In this document: positions 40,508-52,855 of the stretch, in pieces
How positions within the stretch are numbered: position 1 is the stretch's first letter
Layout: every line of letters begins with the position of its first letter
DNA from: an uncultured Trueperaceae bacterium
GTDB taxonomy: Bacteria > Deinococcota > Deinococci > Deinococcales > Trueperaceae
Length of the DNA stretch: 64,000 nt
NCBI GenBank assembly: GCA_963799485.1
Contig: CAWCXJ010000006.1
Coordinates: 416,001-480,000, forward strand
Reading direction: 5' to 3'
The notes under the pieces: generated by a model
Database searches by the model: none
Told to the model about the DNA's origin: nothing
What the model saw: the letters and a program-made list of their open reading frames with translations, nothing else
Position numbers and translations under genes: made by a program

Positions 40508-40941
40508 GTTCACATCCTCGTAAAGTTTGGTCAAAATCAAGTTCGCACCTGTATCGCGCGCTGACCCGATGACGGGTGGGGGAGGTCAGCCGCGAAGCCA
40601 AAGGGCAGTGTAGCATATTTGTTCGCGTGGGTAGTGGGTTTGGGCGCGGGGCTCGCGCCTTCTCTCGCAGCCGACCTCAGCTCGGGCTGAACTACGGTTT
40701 TTACCTGTTCTGCACCTACCTACTAAGCTGGACAGTACGCAAGCGGCGACCTCCTAAACGTCTCTAAAAGAATATTAAGAAACCTTCATCTAATTCTCAA
40801 TTTTTTTCTCATCAATGAATTATTATTTGCTCATTAAAACTACTTAAACACATTTCTTAAATACACTTCTTAATCTGGCATACTTAGTGTTCTGATCGTA
40901 AAGCTGTAGCACAAATTTGCAGTATCAGGGAGGTGGCGGGG

Positions 40942-41352
40942 ATGTCTCGAGCTTTAACTTTGTTGCTTTTGGTCAGCCTTGTTTTAACTGCGTGTTCCAA
41001 AAACGAAACGCTGAATGTCAGCGGTATCTGGGTGGGGGAGGCTACTTCTGAGGTCACCTTACCTTTACGGCTTGACCTCGAGCAAACCGGACAAACGCTT
41101 ACGGGTACTGTGACGCTCGCGGAAGTTGTAGAGCTGGACTTGACCGGCAAGGTAGACGCGCAGCAGGTCAGCTTCTCCTTTTCGTACAACCTGGGTAGCA
41201 TCAGCGGGGGCAACGAGATCGTTGCCTACTACGCTTTTACAGGCACTGTTACAGGTAACACTCTGGCCGGTGACGTGAGCGTTTCTGCCGATAGTGCGGG
41301 GCCGCCGCTGCCGCCGGTAGCGGGTACTTTCAAGGTGCAAAAGCAGCCGTAA
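40942..41352 (+). CDS. Lipoprotein, beta-rich
   Basis: Lipobox LTAC; VSGIWVG; GGAGG upstream. Confidence 0.75.
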   Translation: MSRALTLLLLVSLVLTACSKNETLNVSGIWVGEATSEVTLPLRLDLEQTGQTLTGTVTLAEVVELDLTGKVDAQQVSFSFSYNLGSISGGNEIVAYYAFTGTVTGNTLAGDVSVSADSAGPPLPPVAGTFKVQKQP

Positions 41353-41537
41353 CACTTTCTGACCTTTATCCGCTCACGCTCTGTTTCTAGGTAGGCACTG
41401 CTAAATCTTGCGAAAGGGAAACTGTTTTACGCCGCCTGAAGCCGAAACCCTGCTGAGCTGCGTAGCTGCTTGTATCCACGGGCAGCTGTATACGTTCAGC
41501 ACTCCCTGCTTTCGCAGCTACCACCTCAGAGGAGATT

Positions 41538-41687
41538 ATGTATAAAGCTCTCTTCGCCTTTCTTCTGCTGTTTCTAACGGCCTGCGGTTCGCCCGCAACT
41601 GCAGATGTTCCGCCCACCATAGAAGTACAAGGCACCTCCACAGTCTTACAAAACGCTGCAGGTGTCTACGACGACGACGGTGCGTAA
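41538..41687 (+). CDS. Small or truncated lipoprotein (49 aa)
   Basis: GAGGAG RBS; MYKALFAFLLLFLTAC lipobox; early TAA. Confidence 0.6.
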   Translation: MYKALFAFLLLFLTACGSPATADVPPTIEVQGTSTVLQNAAGVYDDDGA

Positions 41688-41955
41688 CGCCACCTTGGGT
41701 ATCAATTCGACGACGCCAAGCTTAAAAGGTAGCTACTTGTACGCCACAGCGACAGCCAGGTTGAGGCGCAAACCCGACAAGTTCCGGGTCGGCCGGGTTC
41801 ACTGTTTCTACATGCGTAAGCCCGGGTCTCACCCCTTTGCCAGGTCTTTACACCCTGCAATTTCGTGGTAAGCTTTCTTGGGGCTCACATATGCTTGTGA
41901 GCGAATAGAAGAGGCCAGAAGTGGCGCAGCTTGTATGTAGGACGTTGTAAAGAAC

Positions 41956-42032
<77 letters not shown>

Positions 42033-42062
42033 GAGAAAGCATGTGCAGCACGGCAAAAGTAG

Positions 42063-42090
42063 ACCCCCGCACTTGACGGGGGTTGCTCTT
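42063..42090 (+). terminator. Hairpin after the tRNA
   Basis: ACCCCCG-CACTTGA-CGGGGGT followed by a T-rich tail. Confidence 0.55.
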
Positions 42091-42130
42091 TAGGGGCCGA
42101 TTTACTGCTTAACTACTGCTACAGGGTTTT

Positions 42131-42540
42131 TTAGTTTGTCCCGGCGCTCTCCCTACCTAACAGCACATCTAAGCTAATCGCCGTGCGCTCCCGGTGCTCC
42201 TCAAACATATGCGAGTAGCGGCGCAAGGTAAACGAGGCGTCGGTATGGCCTACCCGGTCGGCTATCGCTTGGGGGTCTATGCACTGCTTTACCAGTAGCG
42301 AGACGTGAAGGTGCCGGAGGTCATGAAGTCTAGCCTCGAGTCCCGTCGTTTTTTTAAGCTGTTGCCACGAGCGTTCAAAGTTACGCGGGTGTATCGGCGT
42401 CCCAGCTTCAGAGACGAATACGAGCCCGGTATCAGGGGGAGCGCCCCGTTGCCCGCTGCGCGTCCTGCGCTTGCCGGTGAGTCTGAGCACTGCGTACACA
42501 TCCGGGGTAATCGCAATGCGCCGGGTGCCCTGTGTGGTCT
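42131..42540 (-). pseudogene. Tyrosine integrase C-terminal remnant
   Basis: RLHDLRH, RVGH, TLRRYSH; N-terminal part replaced by IS630. Confidence 0.88.
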
Positions 42541-42544
42541 GATA

Positions 42545-43665
42545 CTCATTCCGGCCAAATCCCGAATCAAACGAGGGGCCACCAGTGAAAGAGGGTGTGC
42601 TGGGAGATGAGGTCAGGTTGGGTACGCAAGTAAGCGCAGCGTTTGGAGAGGACCGCTTGCAGGTCGTCAAGGGTGTCGAACACACGGTTAGCAAGGGGTT
42701 TGTCGGAGAGGTTACACAGACGTTGGGCAGGTTGCAACTCTGGCGAGTAGGGGGGCAGAAAGAGTAGTTCTACCCCTTCGGGAACGCGCAACTTATCGCT
42801 GGTATGCCAACGGGCTTGGTCCAGCACCAGGAGCATAGCATGGTCTTTAGCCGCGCCCAGGTCGTGAGCCAGGTTGTCGAGCACACAGCTTAAGCTTTCG
42901 CTGTCTACGTGTGGGAGGATGTAGAACACTGACTGGCCGGCTTCAGGATTGGCAAAAGCGTACAAGTAGCGCCACTTATAGCGGTGATGAACCGGTGCAA
43001 TAGGGCGCTCGCCTTTGGCGGCCCAGATGCGTCTAAGGATCGACTTGAGTCCTAAACGGTGTTCATCAAATGCCCACACGGATACTCGGGAGTAACGCTG
43101 CTTGAGCTGGGCTACCCGCTCAGCAAGAACGTTTTTTTGAAGTCTTCTTGCGCCGCACCATCGGCTTGGCGGTGCCAGGGTCGCGGACGCTGCAAACTGA
43201 AACCGAGACGTTCCAGGTACTCACAGCCGCGTTGCACGTGAACCGGCTTGTCGAGTTGCTGAGCCATCCAAGCCGCTACTTTCTTACCGCTCCACACGCC
43301 CCCTGCTGTGGGAGGTTGTTGCAAAGCGGCGTAAAGGGCTTTTTGTTCAGCCTCGTTTAGCAAAGGCGCGAGGCCGGGGTTGTGGTGCCGTCGGTCTTTG
43401 AGTCCACCAAGTCCAGCTTCGTTATAGCGGTGAATGATGCCGACCAGCGCGGAGTGAGCGTAAGCTGTCACCGCCCTGACTTCATCCCGACTTTTGCCCT
43501 CAGCTAATAGCCACACCGTTTGGATACGTCGCCTCTCAACGGCGTCGGTCGATGATCTATATGCCGCTTTGAGTTCTTTGACCTCGTGTTGCACCTTTAG
43601 CTCGAGCTTGGGTCTCCCTGTTCGTGCCATCTCTCTTTATACTGCTTTTAGCCGGGTTCCTTATA
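42545..43665 (-). mobile_element. IS630-family element (orfA 43112..43630, orfB 42567..43079); ends approximate
   Basis: HTH orfA; TTCAAAAAAAC slippery site; FDE, LDQA..H, PPYSPELQPAQ with the catalytic Glu replaced by Gln. Confidence 0.9.
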
Positions 43666-43799
43666 ACTCGTGTACTGCGAGCCCTTGTCGCTCAGGTGAA
43701 GGCTAAGAGCCTCTGAGCTTTGCTCTAACCTGGTGATGGATCAGCTTAGAGATGTGGCGCTGTTTGGTTGCTATGCTTAGCGCCTGAAGCACGAGGTCG

Positions 43800-44200
43800 G
43801 TTTTCATGTGCTCAGCCTCATCGCGTAACCAACAATGCGCTTCGAGTAGGCGTCCATCACGACCGCCATATAAAGCCAGCCTTCAGCTGTCTTCACGAAG
43901 GTGATATCCGAGTACCAGACTTGATTGTGGTGACCTCGGGCTTGGGGACGAGCAAGTTGGCGGTTGCCGGCAACGTCTCCGGCGTTTTGCGATGTTGGTA
44001 TTTGCGCTTGGGTAAGGCGTAAATGCCTGCTCGCCGCATCAGCCTCTTGACTCGCTTCAGGAGCACTGTAGCCTTGTTCGGCAACCGGTTTTGCCGCGTC
44101 GATCTTGAAGACCATGTCGTACTGCCTCTTGTTCATGACAACTCCCTCCCGGAGCATTCTGCTCCTTCGTTTGTTGTCCGCTGAACCCTACCTGAGTCCA
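43800..44200 (-). mobile_element. IS3-family remnant
   Basis: RQYDMVFKIDA, KRVKRLMR, VWYSDITF, WLYMAVVMDAYSKRIVG in broken frames. Confidence 0.85.
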
Positions 44201-44368
44201 CTTGTCCTTGACACTAAGCCTCTAGACGATGTTTCTAGGCTTTTGTCGTGTACTTAGATCGCTGAGTACAACCTTGAGTGCGTCAGTTGGTATCTGCTCA
44301 TTACCGCTCTTTTTTGTCCCGGTAGTTAAGTGTGCAACCTACGGTTTGCAAGACGCGTCGCCATGCGG

Positions 44369-44405
44369 TTTCATTAAGTTTCCATTAAGCTTTCAGGGGC
44401 ATACT
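44369..44405 (+). promoter_or_regulatory. CATTAAG direct repeat (11-bp period) plus -10 CATACT; probable QseB/PmrA-type site
   Basis: TTTCATTAAGT TTCCATTAAGC TTTCA upstream of an operon encoding a QseB-like regulator. Confidence 0.55.
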
Positions 44406-44507
44406 CGAGGAAGCTTAGGTAGCTCGACTGCCGCCGGAGGGTCTGAACACGCAATACCAACGCTTTGACTTCAGTTAGACTCGAGGGGACGCAAGTGAAA
44501 GGTTGAT

Positions 44508-45785
44508 GTGAATAGAGTTTTAACTGCCCTCTTCGCCGCTTTGGTCGGCCTGACCCCGGTTTCTTTCGCTGCCGCCGGACTGGTCGACGCAACTCAGCTG
44601 ATGATTACGGACGCCAGCCAAAGTGCGGTCGTAGGGTACGGTACGGTCTCAAACGGTGAGATGACTTTGGAGCTTTCCGGCGCGCCCGGAACGAGAATCA
44701 AGATGGTTTTCGTCACGCCTCAGGGCGAGGTCATTCCGCTGTGGGGGACGGTACAAAACGACGGGTCGGTCAAGGTCGATGACGGTGAGCGTGAGATCGA
44801 GTTGGCGGTCTGGCTCGAGTCGCGTAACGTCGTGCTGGCTCAAAGTCTTGCCAACGAACTTGTTCCTGAAACAAACGACGACGCGCAGCTCGAGCGTGTT
44901 CCGGAAGCCGAGCTGCCGCTAGCAACCCCGCAGACGCCCGACATCGGGGGTGAATCGGGGGTCGAAAGTGCACTGCCACAGCCCGCCACAGAACCACCAC
45001 CCGCGCCGCAACCCGCCACGAACGACGCGACCGGCACTACCCCCACACCGGACGCCGCCCTGCCTACCACGGGCGAGGTTACGCCGACTGAACCTGCTGC
45101 GGGCGAGCCGCCTCCCGACAGCGCCGCAGCTGCCGACCCGGGGGCGAACGACGGTACCGCTGCTGACGCGCCGGCAGACCCAAACGCAACCGACCCCGGC
45201 GCAAACGCAACCGACCCCGAAGCGACACCCGAAACAGCGCCGGATGCAACTCCCGCCGTGCCGGACGACGGCGCGCAAGCCGCGCCCCAAGACGGTGGTT
45301 CCCAGGACGGTGGTTCCCAGGACAGCGGTTCCCAGGGCGGCGGTTCGCAAGCTGACGGAAGCGCCGACAGTAGTGGGAACACGGGCGAAACGCCGTCTCC
45401 AGCTCCCGAAGAGGACGCCGGAAGCGCTGCTGGTGGAACCGGAGGCGAGGGCGGTAGTTCGGCTCCGGCTGAACCCGACCCCGGTGAACCGGAGTCGCCG
45501 GGTAACGAAGGTGGCTCGGGTACTGCAAATAGTAGCGACGATGCCAACGCGTCTCCTGCCGACGACAGTGCGGCGGGGGACGCGGATTCGCAGGGGTCGG
45601 CACCCGACGCGTCGGCGGATAACGGTGCTGACAGTAGTGCTGACGGTGGTAGTGCTGAAGACGCGAGCGGTACGGCGGATGAGGACACTGCAAACGCGGA
45701 CACTGCAAACGCGGACGCTACGGATGAAGGAGCCGCGAGCACTACCGGTGGTGCGCCCGAACCTGTGCCTGAAAACAGTCCTTAG
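44508..45785 (+). CDS. Exported protein with long acidic low-complexity tail
   Basis: Signal peptide, about 90-aa beta domain, about 300 aa of D/E/A/P/G/S/T with GGSQD, NATDP and DTANA repeats. Confidence 0.75.
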   Translation: MNRVLTALFAALVGLTPVSFAAAGLVDATQLMITDASQSAVVGYGTVSNGEMTLELSGAPGTRIKMVFVTPQGEVIPLWGTVQNDGSVKVDDGEREIELAVWLESRNVVLAQSLANELVPETNDDAQLERVPEAELPLATPQTPDIGGESGVESALPQPATEPPPAPQPATNDATGTTPTPDAALPTTGEVTPTEPAAGEPPPDSAAAADPGANDGTAADAPADPNATDPGANATDPEATPETAPDATPAVPDDGAQAAPQDGGSQDGGSQDSGSQGGGSQADGSADSSGNTGETPSPAPEEDAGSAAGGTGGEGGSSAPAEPDPGEPESPGNEGGSGTANSSDDANASPADDSAAGDADSQGSAPDASADNGADSSADGGSAEDASGTADEDTANADTANADATDEGAASTTGGAPEPVPENSP

Positions 45786-45791
45786 GGGGCG

Positions 45792-46277
45792 GTGGTGCGT
45801 AGGAAGCTACAAACCGTTTTAGTTTGCGGGGTCGTCGGCGGCCTCGCGCTGCCGTTTTGCGCCGTCGCAGCGTCCCCGGCTGTTCGGGGAGTGCCGCCTC
45901 GAGCCGTTCCTGCTACCGGGCGCACCGAAAATCAGCGTCTGGTCAGGTTTTTCTTTTCCGACGGAGCGTGGGGCGGGGTGCCCTTTTCCGAGGCCCAAAA
46001 GCAGCGCGTGCTCGTAAAAGCGATGATGAGCGGTGAACCGGCCCGAATCGAAGATGAAGTGACGCATCTGCTCAGCGCACCCGAGGTCAGGGTACGCCGT
46101 TTTGCTGCAGTGTTCGAGGTCGATGGGAGCGTCCGACCCCCCAAGCTGCATTCGGGCTACGAACTCGAGCTGCTCGTCCCGCGCAGCCGCAAACCCCTCT
46201 TGGTCGAACTCGAGAACGCCGCAACCGGCGTCGTCAACCGTATCGAGGTCGAACCGGAAGCGGACGGTTCGTTATAG
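45792..46277 (+). CDS. Hypothetical exported protein
   Basis: Signal-like N-terminus; operonic spacing. Confidence 0.65.
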   Translation: MVRRKLQTVLVCGVVGGLALPFCAVAASPAVRGVPPRAVPATGRTENQRLVRFFFSDGAWGGVPFSEAQKQRVLVKAMMSGEPARIEDEVTHLLSAPEVRVRRFAAVFEVDGSVRPPKLHSGYELELLVPRSRKPLLVELENAATGVVNRIEVEPEADGSL

Positions 46278-46295
46278 TGAGTTTATGGAACGCTT

Positions 46296-46958
46296 GTGCA
46301 TAAGATTTTAGTGGTCGAAGACGATTTGCGCTTAGCAACACTGCTCAAACAAGAGCTGGCCCAAGAAGGCTACGAGGTCGAGGCGGTTCATAACGGTACC
46401 GACGCCCTGCTCCGGGCCGACGCCCACGTGTTCGACTTGGTTATCCTAGACCTCAACCTGCCCGACATCGACGGCCTCGAGGTCGCTACGCGGCTCCGGC
46501 GCGACTCGGAGGTGAGCATCTTGATGCTGACCGCGCGCGGCGACGTCAGCAGCCGCGTCGAGGGGCTTTACGCCGGGGCGAGCGACTACCTGACCAAACC
46601 CTTTAGCGTGCAGGAACTCCGGGCGCGGGTTCACGTGCGCCTCCGTGAAAAGGGCCAGCCGGCGGAAGTGTTGGCCTACGGCGAGCTGGTTCTCGAGCCC
46701 GCAGCGGGTCACTGCACGGTTGCCGGGCAGGGGCTCCCCTTGACGTCGCTCGAGTTCAGGTTGCTCGAGCTTTTCTTAACGCATAAAGGCCGGATATTTT
46801 CCAAGGAAGACTTAGAAGACCGGCTTTACGGCGCGGACAAACTGCCGGGGTCGAACACCGTCGAGGTATTTGTGTCCAATTTACGCCGTAAACTTGCCGC
46901 TGCCGGCGTTCAGGGGATGATTCAGACGGTGCGCGGCATGGGCTACGTGGTGCGCTAG
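46296..46958 (+). CDS. OmpR-family response regulator (QseB/PmrA-like)
   Basis: EDD, LDLNLP, KPF, SNTVEVFVSNLRRKL. Confidence 0.96.
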   Translation: MHKILVVEDDLRLATLLKQELAQEGYEVEAVHNGTDALLRADAHVFDLVILDLNLPDIDGLEVATRLRRDSEVSILMLTARGDVSSRVEGLYAGASDYLTKPFSVQELRARVHVRLREKGQPAEVLAYGELVLEPAAGHCTVAGQGLPLTSLEFRLLELFLTHKGRIFSKEDLEDRLYGADKLPGSNTVEVFVSNLRRKLAAAGVQGMIQTVRGMGYVVR

Positions 46959-47116
46959 AGAAAAAGCCGGAATCAAGCGGTTGCTCGAGTCTGGAAACGT
47001 ATGAACAGCTACAAGCTCAACCCGACCTGGTTTCACTGCCCATTCCGGACGTACCTGCACGCCGGCTCGAGCTTCAGGCTCATCTGCACGCTACGCATAA
47101 CCAGTAGATTAACCTG

Positions 47117-48451
47117 ATGACCCTTCGCGCCCGCCTCAGCTTACTCGTGACGTTTGCGCTGCTCGCGGGGCTCGTCCTTTTCGGAACGCTCGCCTACGCT
47201 TCGTTTTGGCGGCAACAACGCGTTCAGCTCGACGAGCTTCTCCTGCGCGACCTCGCGCGGGTGCAGACGCTCGTGCAGGCGGGGCCGCAGGCGATCGGCG
47301 CAGAGCTGACTTCCTCGAGCGGCGACTTCATATTGCAGTTCGTCTCTTCTTCGGAGGTGGTCGCTATCGGGCAGGGGCGCGCCCTACCGGAGAGCACCCG
47401 TCCGCAACTTACAAAACGGGATACGCGGACGCTGCTCTCCGCCTCGAAACCCTGGCTGGTACCGAATCCGGGTGAGCCCGGCGGTTTTAACGAGGTCGGC
47501 ACCTTACGCTTAGCGCTCGACGTAACCGCCGATTTGCGCGAACGGCAGACGCTTCTGCGGAGTTTATTCGTCAGCGGCGGGGTTATCGCGCTCGCGGTCA
47601 CGGTCGTCAACCTTGTTTTGCTGCAGCGGGCGCTCGCGCCGCTGGGCCGGCTTGCGGCGCAGGCGCGGCAGGTCAACCCGGCGTCGCCCGCAGTTATCCG
47701 CTATAAAGGCCCGCACGACGAGGTGGCCTACGTCGCGCAGGCGCTCAACCGGGCGCTCCGGGGTATTCGCAAACGGCAGCAGGCGGAGCGGGCGTCACTC
47801 GCGGAGATTGCCCACGAGTTGGCTGCGCCGCTGACGCTCGTGGCCGGGCACCTCGAGTCGTTGCGCGCGCTCCATCCGGGAGACGTGCGGCTCGGCGCGG
47901 CGCAGGGAGCTGCCAACGAACTGCTCTACACTTCTAAAGACCTCCTGACGCTGGCGCGCGGCGAACTCGAGCGTCCCCTAGACCTCGAGGTGTTAGACCT
48001 TGCAGGGATCGCCGAACGTATCGCGCATGAGTATCCGGGCGTGCAGATTGGAACCTTGGAACACGCCGAGATTGCCGGGAGCCCCGAACGGCTTTCGCAA
48101 CTCGTCCGCAACCTCGTCCGCAACGCGGTGCAAGCGGCGGGTGCGGGGCAGGTCTCGCTGGCGGTGTCGCTGAGCGGCGCGGAGGTGCGCCTGAGCGTCT
48201 CCGACCGGGGGCCGGGGGTTCCACCCGAAGAGTTGAAGCACCTTTTCGAGCGCTTTTATACGCGCCGTAAACAGGGTGGTACCGGCCTGGGGCTAAGCGT
48301 CGCGCAGCAGATCGCCCGGCAGCACGGCGGGCAGATTTCAGTCGCGTCTATCGTTGGGGAAGGTACCCGTTTTACGGTCAGCTTGCCGAGTCTGGGCGCG
48401 CAACTCGGGGACGAGGACGAGGTGGCAGGCACCGACGTGACGACGGTTTAG
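47117..48451 (+). CDS. Sensor histidine kinase
   Basis: AHELAAPL, NLVRNA, DRGPG, GTGLGL; two TMs. Confidence 0.94.
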   Translation: MTLRARLSLLVTFALLAGLVLFGTLAYASFWRQQRVQLDELLLRDLARVQTLVQAGPQAIGAELTSSSGDFILQFVSSSEVVAIGQGRALPESTRPQLTKRDTRTLLSASKPWLVPNPGEPGGFNEVGTLRLALDVTADLRERQTLLRSLFVSGGVIALAVTVVNLVLLQRALAPLGRLAAQARQVNPASPAVIRYKGPHDEVAYVAQALNRALRGIRKRQQAERASLAEIAHELAAPLTLVAGHLESLRALHPGDVRLGAAQGAANELLYTSKDLLTLARGELERPLDLEVLDLAGIAERIAHEYPGVQIGTLEHAEIAGSPERLSQLVRNLVRNAVQAAGAGQVSLAVSLSGAEVRLSVSDRGPGVPPEELKHLFERFYTRRKQGGTGLGLSVAQQIARQHGGQISVASIVGEGTRFTVSLPSLGAQLGDEDEVAGTDVTTV

Positions 48452-48567
48452 GTGGGGTCGATGGTTGCTTGGACAGCTTCAAGCTCCGCCTAGCCGTTTT
48501 TACTTCTCAACCTCTATCTTCTGCTCTTTTACGCCTACTGCAACAAAACCAGCTGTGATGACTCCGG

Positions 48568-49552
48568 TCAAGCCTCGAGCAGCTCCGAAAGCCGGGACAA
48601 ACAGCGGTAGTGCTTTTTGGCGTAGGCCGAACCCCGGTAGCTCGGACTAAAGAGGTCTCCCAGCGCAACGCTGCCCGAGAGCCGCAACCCTTTGTTCAGG
48701 TCGTAGAGCTTGTCGATAAAATGCACAAAACGCAGCGCGTCGTTCTGGTTTTGAAGTGTTTCTGCGCCTGCTACATAAAGCGTGCCGAACTGGGCGATAA
48801 GCCCGCCGTAACGCACCGGGTGAACGTCGCCCAAGAGCCTCCAGTAACGCCGCCCAGGTCAGCATTTCTTTGGGTTCTGCGGCCTGTTCGCAGTTGAAAC
48901 GACGCTCGAGTTCCCCGTCACTTAAAAGTTCTGCGAGCCGCTCACGGTGGCGGTAGTCCGGGCCTTGGAGCGAAACAACGGTAAACCGCTCGGCGACGCT
49001 CTGAATCTCGCGCTTGAAATCGTCGGCGTTAAACCGCCCCTGCCCCTGCGCCTCGGGCGGCGTGTTCGAGGTCGTCATCACCGACCCGCCCTGGGCGAAC
49101 ACATGCGCTAAAAAACTCTTCACAATCAGCGTGTTACCGGGGTCGTCGAGTTCAAACTCGTCGATGCAAAAAAGCTGCGTGTCGCCCAGTTCGCGCTTTG
49201 CTGCCATAACACCCTGTACGCCGACGACGTACACGAGGTCCTGAAACGACAGATACGCTTTTTTCTGCACGCCACACGCGTGAAACGCCGCCGCCAGCAG
49301 GTGCGTTTTGCCGACGCCGAACCCGCCGTCGAGGTAAAGGCCGCGCCCTTGGGGGTTTTCGCGTTTGACCCAGGGCCAACTACGCGGGCTTTTGGCAGGT
49401 TGGGCAACTTCGCGGGCAAACGCCTGCACCTTTTCCAAAGCAACCTCTTGACTTGGATGTTGCGGTTTGTAGGAGCCGAAATCGGTTTTGCCGAAGCGCG
49501 GTGGCGGCGTAAAAGCGGGGAGGCTGGTTTTGGGGGGTGGGCGCAGCGGCAT
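48568..49552 (-). pseudogene. zapE: ZapE/AFG1-like ATPase with one frameshift near 48830
   Basis: GLYLDGGFGVGKTHL, IDEFELDD, TSN; C-terminus (ALRFVHFIDKLYD, RCLSRL) in another frame. Confidence 0.85.
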
Positions 49553-49919
49553 CGGCCCGTAAGTTTAACATCCGGTTTGGACGCTTCTCGTCCAGTACTC
49601 CAAAATCAGCGCGCAGACCGATGCGGTAAACGTACCGGTCGTTGCGCGCCGTCCTGCTTTACTGCCTGTACTTACTTGCCTGTACTCCAGCGCATCCGGA
49701 CTCGAGCAGAATACCGCGAGCAGACGTTTTTCGGGCCTCCCTTTAGTCTCGAGACCCAACCTCGGCGCAGACTTACGACTCGAGGTTTATGACTCGGGCG
49801 CAGTCGCCGCTGCCGGCGGCGTAACCCCCTTGCCTGCGGCGGAGCTGCACCGTAAAGAGAAAGCGCAATACCCGGTGCGAGGCGTTTAACGCCCTTGCCG
49901 CAGCGCTCATAAACTTTAG

Positions 49920-51296
<1,377 letters not shown>

Positions 51297-51437
51297 AATA
51301 TGGTTTTATTTTGTGGCATCTTATAGCAACGGTAAAAAGCTCAGAGACCGCATAGCCTCTTTGAATATCGAACAGTGGATGAACCTGCTGAACTGCACTA
51401 ACAGATAAGAACCGTTCCTCTGAGTTAGACTAAAGCT

Positions 51438-51656
51438 ATGAACGTTATCTCTGTCATCATCGGGGTCGTTGCCCTCATCATCGCTCTGGTCGGCTTTATC
51501 CCACTTTTGGGCTGGCTCAACTGGCTCGCTATTCCCATCGCGGTCGTCGGTCTTATCGTCGGCATGTTCGACACGCGTACCAGCGGGCGGAACTTTAACG
51601 CCGTGGTACTCGTTCTTAGTATCGTTCGGCTCTTTTTGGGCGGCGGTATCCTCTAG
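51438..51656 (+). CDS. Small membrane protein (72 aa)
   Basis: Hydrophobic, IPLLGWLNW; TAGACT 6 nt upstream. Confidence 0.8.
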   Translation: MNVISVIIGVVALIIALVGFIPLLGWLNWLAIPIAVVGLIVGMFDTRTSGRNFNAVVLVLSIVRLFLGGGIL

Positions 51657-52435
51657 CTCGCCTCGCTCAGCTCGCGCGCCCGGACGCTCGCATCTTCGAC
51701 GGCCTGCATCGTCGCGTAGCGGAGGCTGTGTTTTTCTAGGGCCATTACCCCCGTGATGGCGGTGCCGCCCGCGCTCGCTACCTCGTCTTTGAGGCTGCCG
51801 GGGGTGCGGGTCTCGAGCAACACCGCACTCGCCACTAAAACCTGCTGGGCAAGGGCTTGGGCAACGTCCCGGCTGAGGCCGACGCGCACGCCGCCGTCCG
51901 CTAGCGCCTCGGCAAAAAGTGCCGCAAACGCCGGCCCCGACCCGGCGAGGCCGGTAAATGCGTCGAACAGCCTTTCGGGAACTTCGTAGACGGTACCGAC
52001 AGCGGCGAAAAGTTTGTGAGCGGTCTCCAAATCGTCCGGTGTGGCTTGCGGCAACGCGGCGACCGCTGTCGCGGAGAGCCCAACCCTTGCGCCTAGGTTC
52101 GGCATCGCCCGCACGACCCGGTTACTCCCGACCCGCCGCGCGATGACCTCCGCCGAAACGCCTGCCATGAGCGAAATATAAGCCGCCGAACGCCGCGCAA
52201 TCAGTGGCGCGACCTCGGCAAACGACTGGGGTTTGACTGCGATCAGGATACGTTCCGCCCCGTGAACGCCGTCGTCTGACAAGGGTGTCACACCGAACGT
52301 CTCGGCAAGCGTGTTGCGCCGCGTTTCGTCCGGGTGATAAATCCCGATCTCGGAGGCGTCTAAAATGCCTGCTTGAAGCGCGCCGGTCAAGACTGCGCCG
52401 CCCATTTTGCCTGCGCCGACGAGGGCGAGTTTCAT
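51653..52435 (-). CDS. proC: Pyrroline-5-carboxylate reductase
   Basis: GAGKMG, AVKPQ, RAMPN, GSGPA, SAGGT. Confidence 0.96.
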   Translation of the reverse strand: MKLALVGAGKMGGAVLTGALQAGILDASEIGIYHPDETRRNTLAETFGVTPLSDDGVHGAERILIAVKPQSFAEVAPLIARRSAAYISLMAGVSAEVIARRVGSNRVVRAMPNLGARVGLSATAVAALPQATPDDLETAHKLFAAVGTVYEVPERLFDAFTGLAGSGPAFAALFAEALADGGVRVGLSRDVAQALAQQVLVASAVLLETRTPGSLKDEVASAGGTAITGVMALEKHSLRYATMQAVEDASVRARELSEAS

Positions 52436-52491
52436 GCTTTTACCTGGTCCGTTACTCGGTGGGATGCTTGCATCTGCCCAGTCTAGCTTGT

Positions 52492-52839
52492 CTAGGGCTT
52501 ACGGCGTTCTCGTAACCGAAAAAATAGGAAGAGCAAGAGAACGGAAACGGCAGCCCCGGCGGTATCGGCAAGCCAGTCTGCAGCGTCGGCGCTCCGCCCC
52601 GGCACGTAAGACTGGTGGACCTCATCCGAGACACCGTAAACCGACGCCAGCACGACAGCCAGCCAAGCGCGGCCTGTTGCCAGATAAAGGAACCCTGCCA
52701 GCACGCCGAAATTGCCGGCATGATAGAACTTGTCCCACGGCGGCGAGAGGTTGATAAAACCGCCGACCCCCTGCGCGTCGGGCGATGAGGAGAGCCAAAA
52801 GGTCAGTCCGGCCCAGAGCAGCGCTGCGAAGCCGGACAA
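52492..52839 (-). CDS. VanZ-family membrane protein
   Basis: DKFYH, DEVHQSYVPGR, DWLAD. Confidence 0.9.
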   Translation of the reverse strand: MSGFAALLWAGLTFWLSSSPDAQGVGGFINLSPPWDKFYHAGNFGVLAGFLYLATGRAWLAVVLASVYGVSDEVHQSYVPGRSADAADWLADTAGAAVSVLLLFLFFRLRERRKP

Positions 52840-52855
52840 AAGTCTGGCGGACGGT

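Noticed and set aside
40760..40890. AT-rich tract as a replication origin
   Set aside because: No DnaA boxes or rep/dnaA gene; likely a promoter region.
44840..45822. Several long overlapping ORFs
   Set aside because: Low-complexity DNA keeps frames open; only 44508..45785 has a signal peptide and fits the operon.
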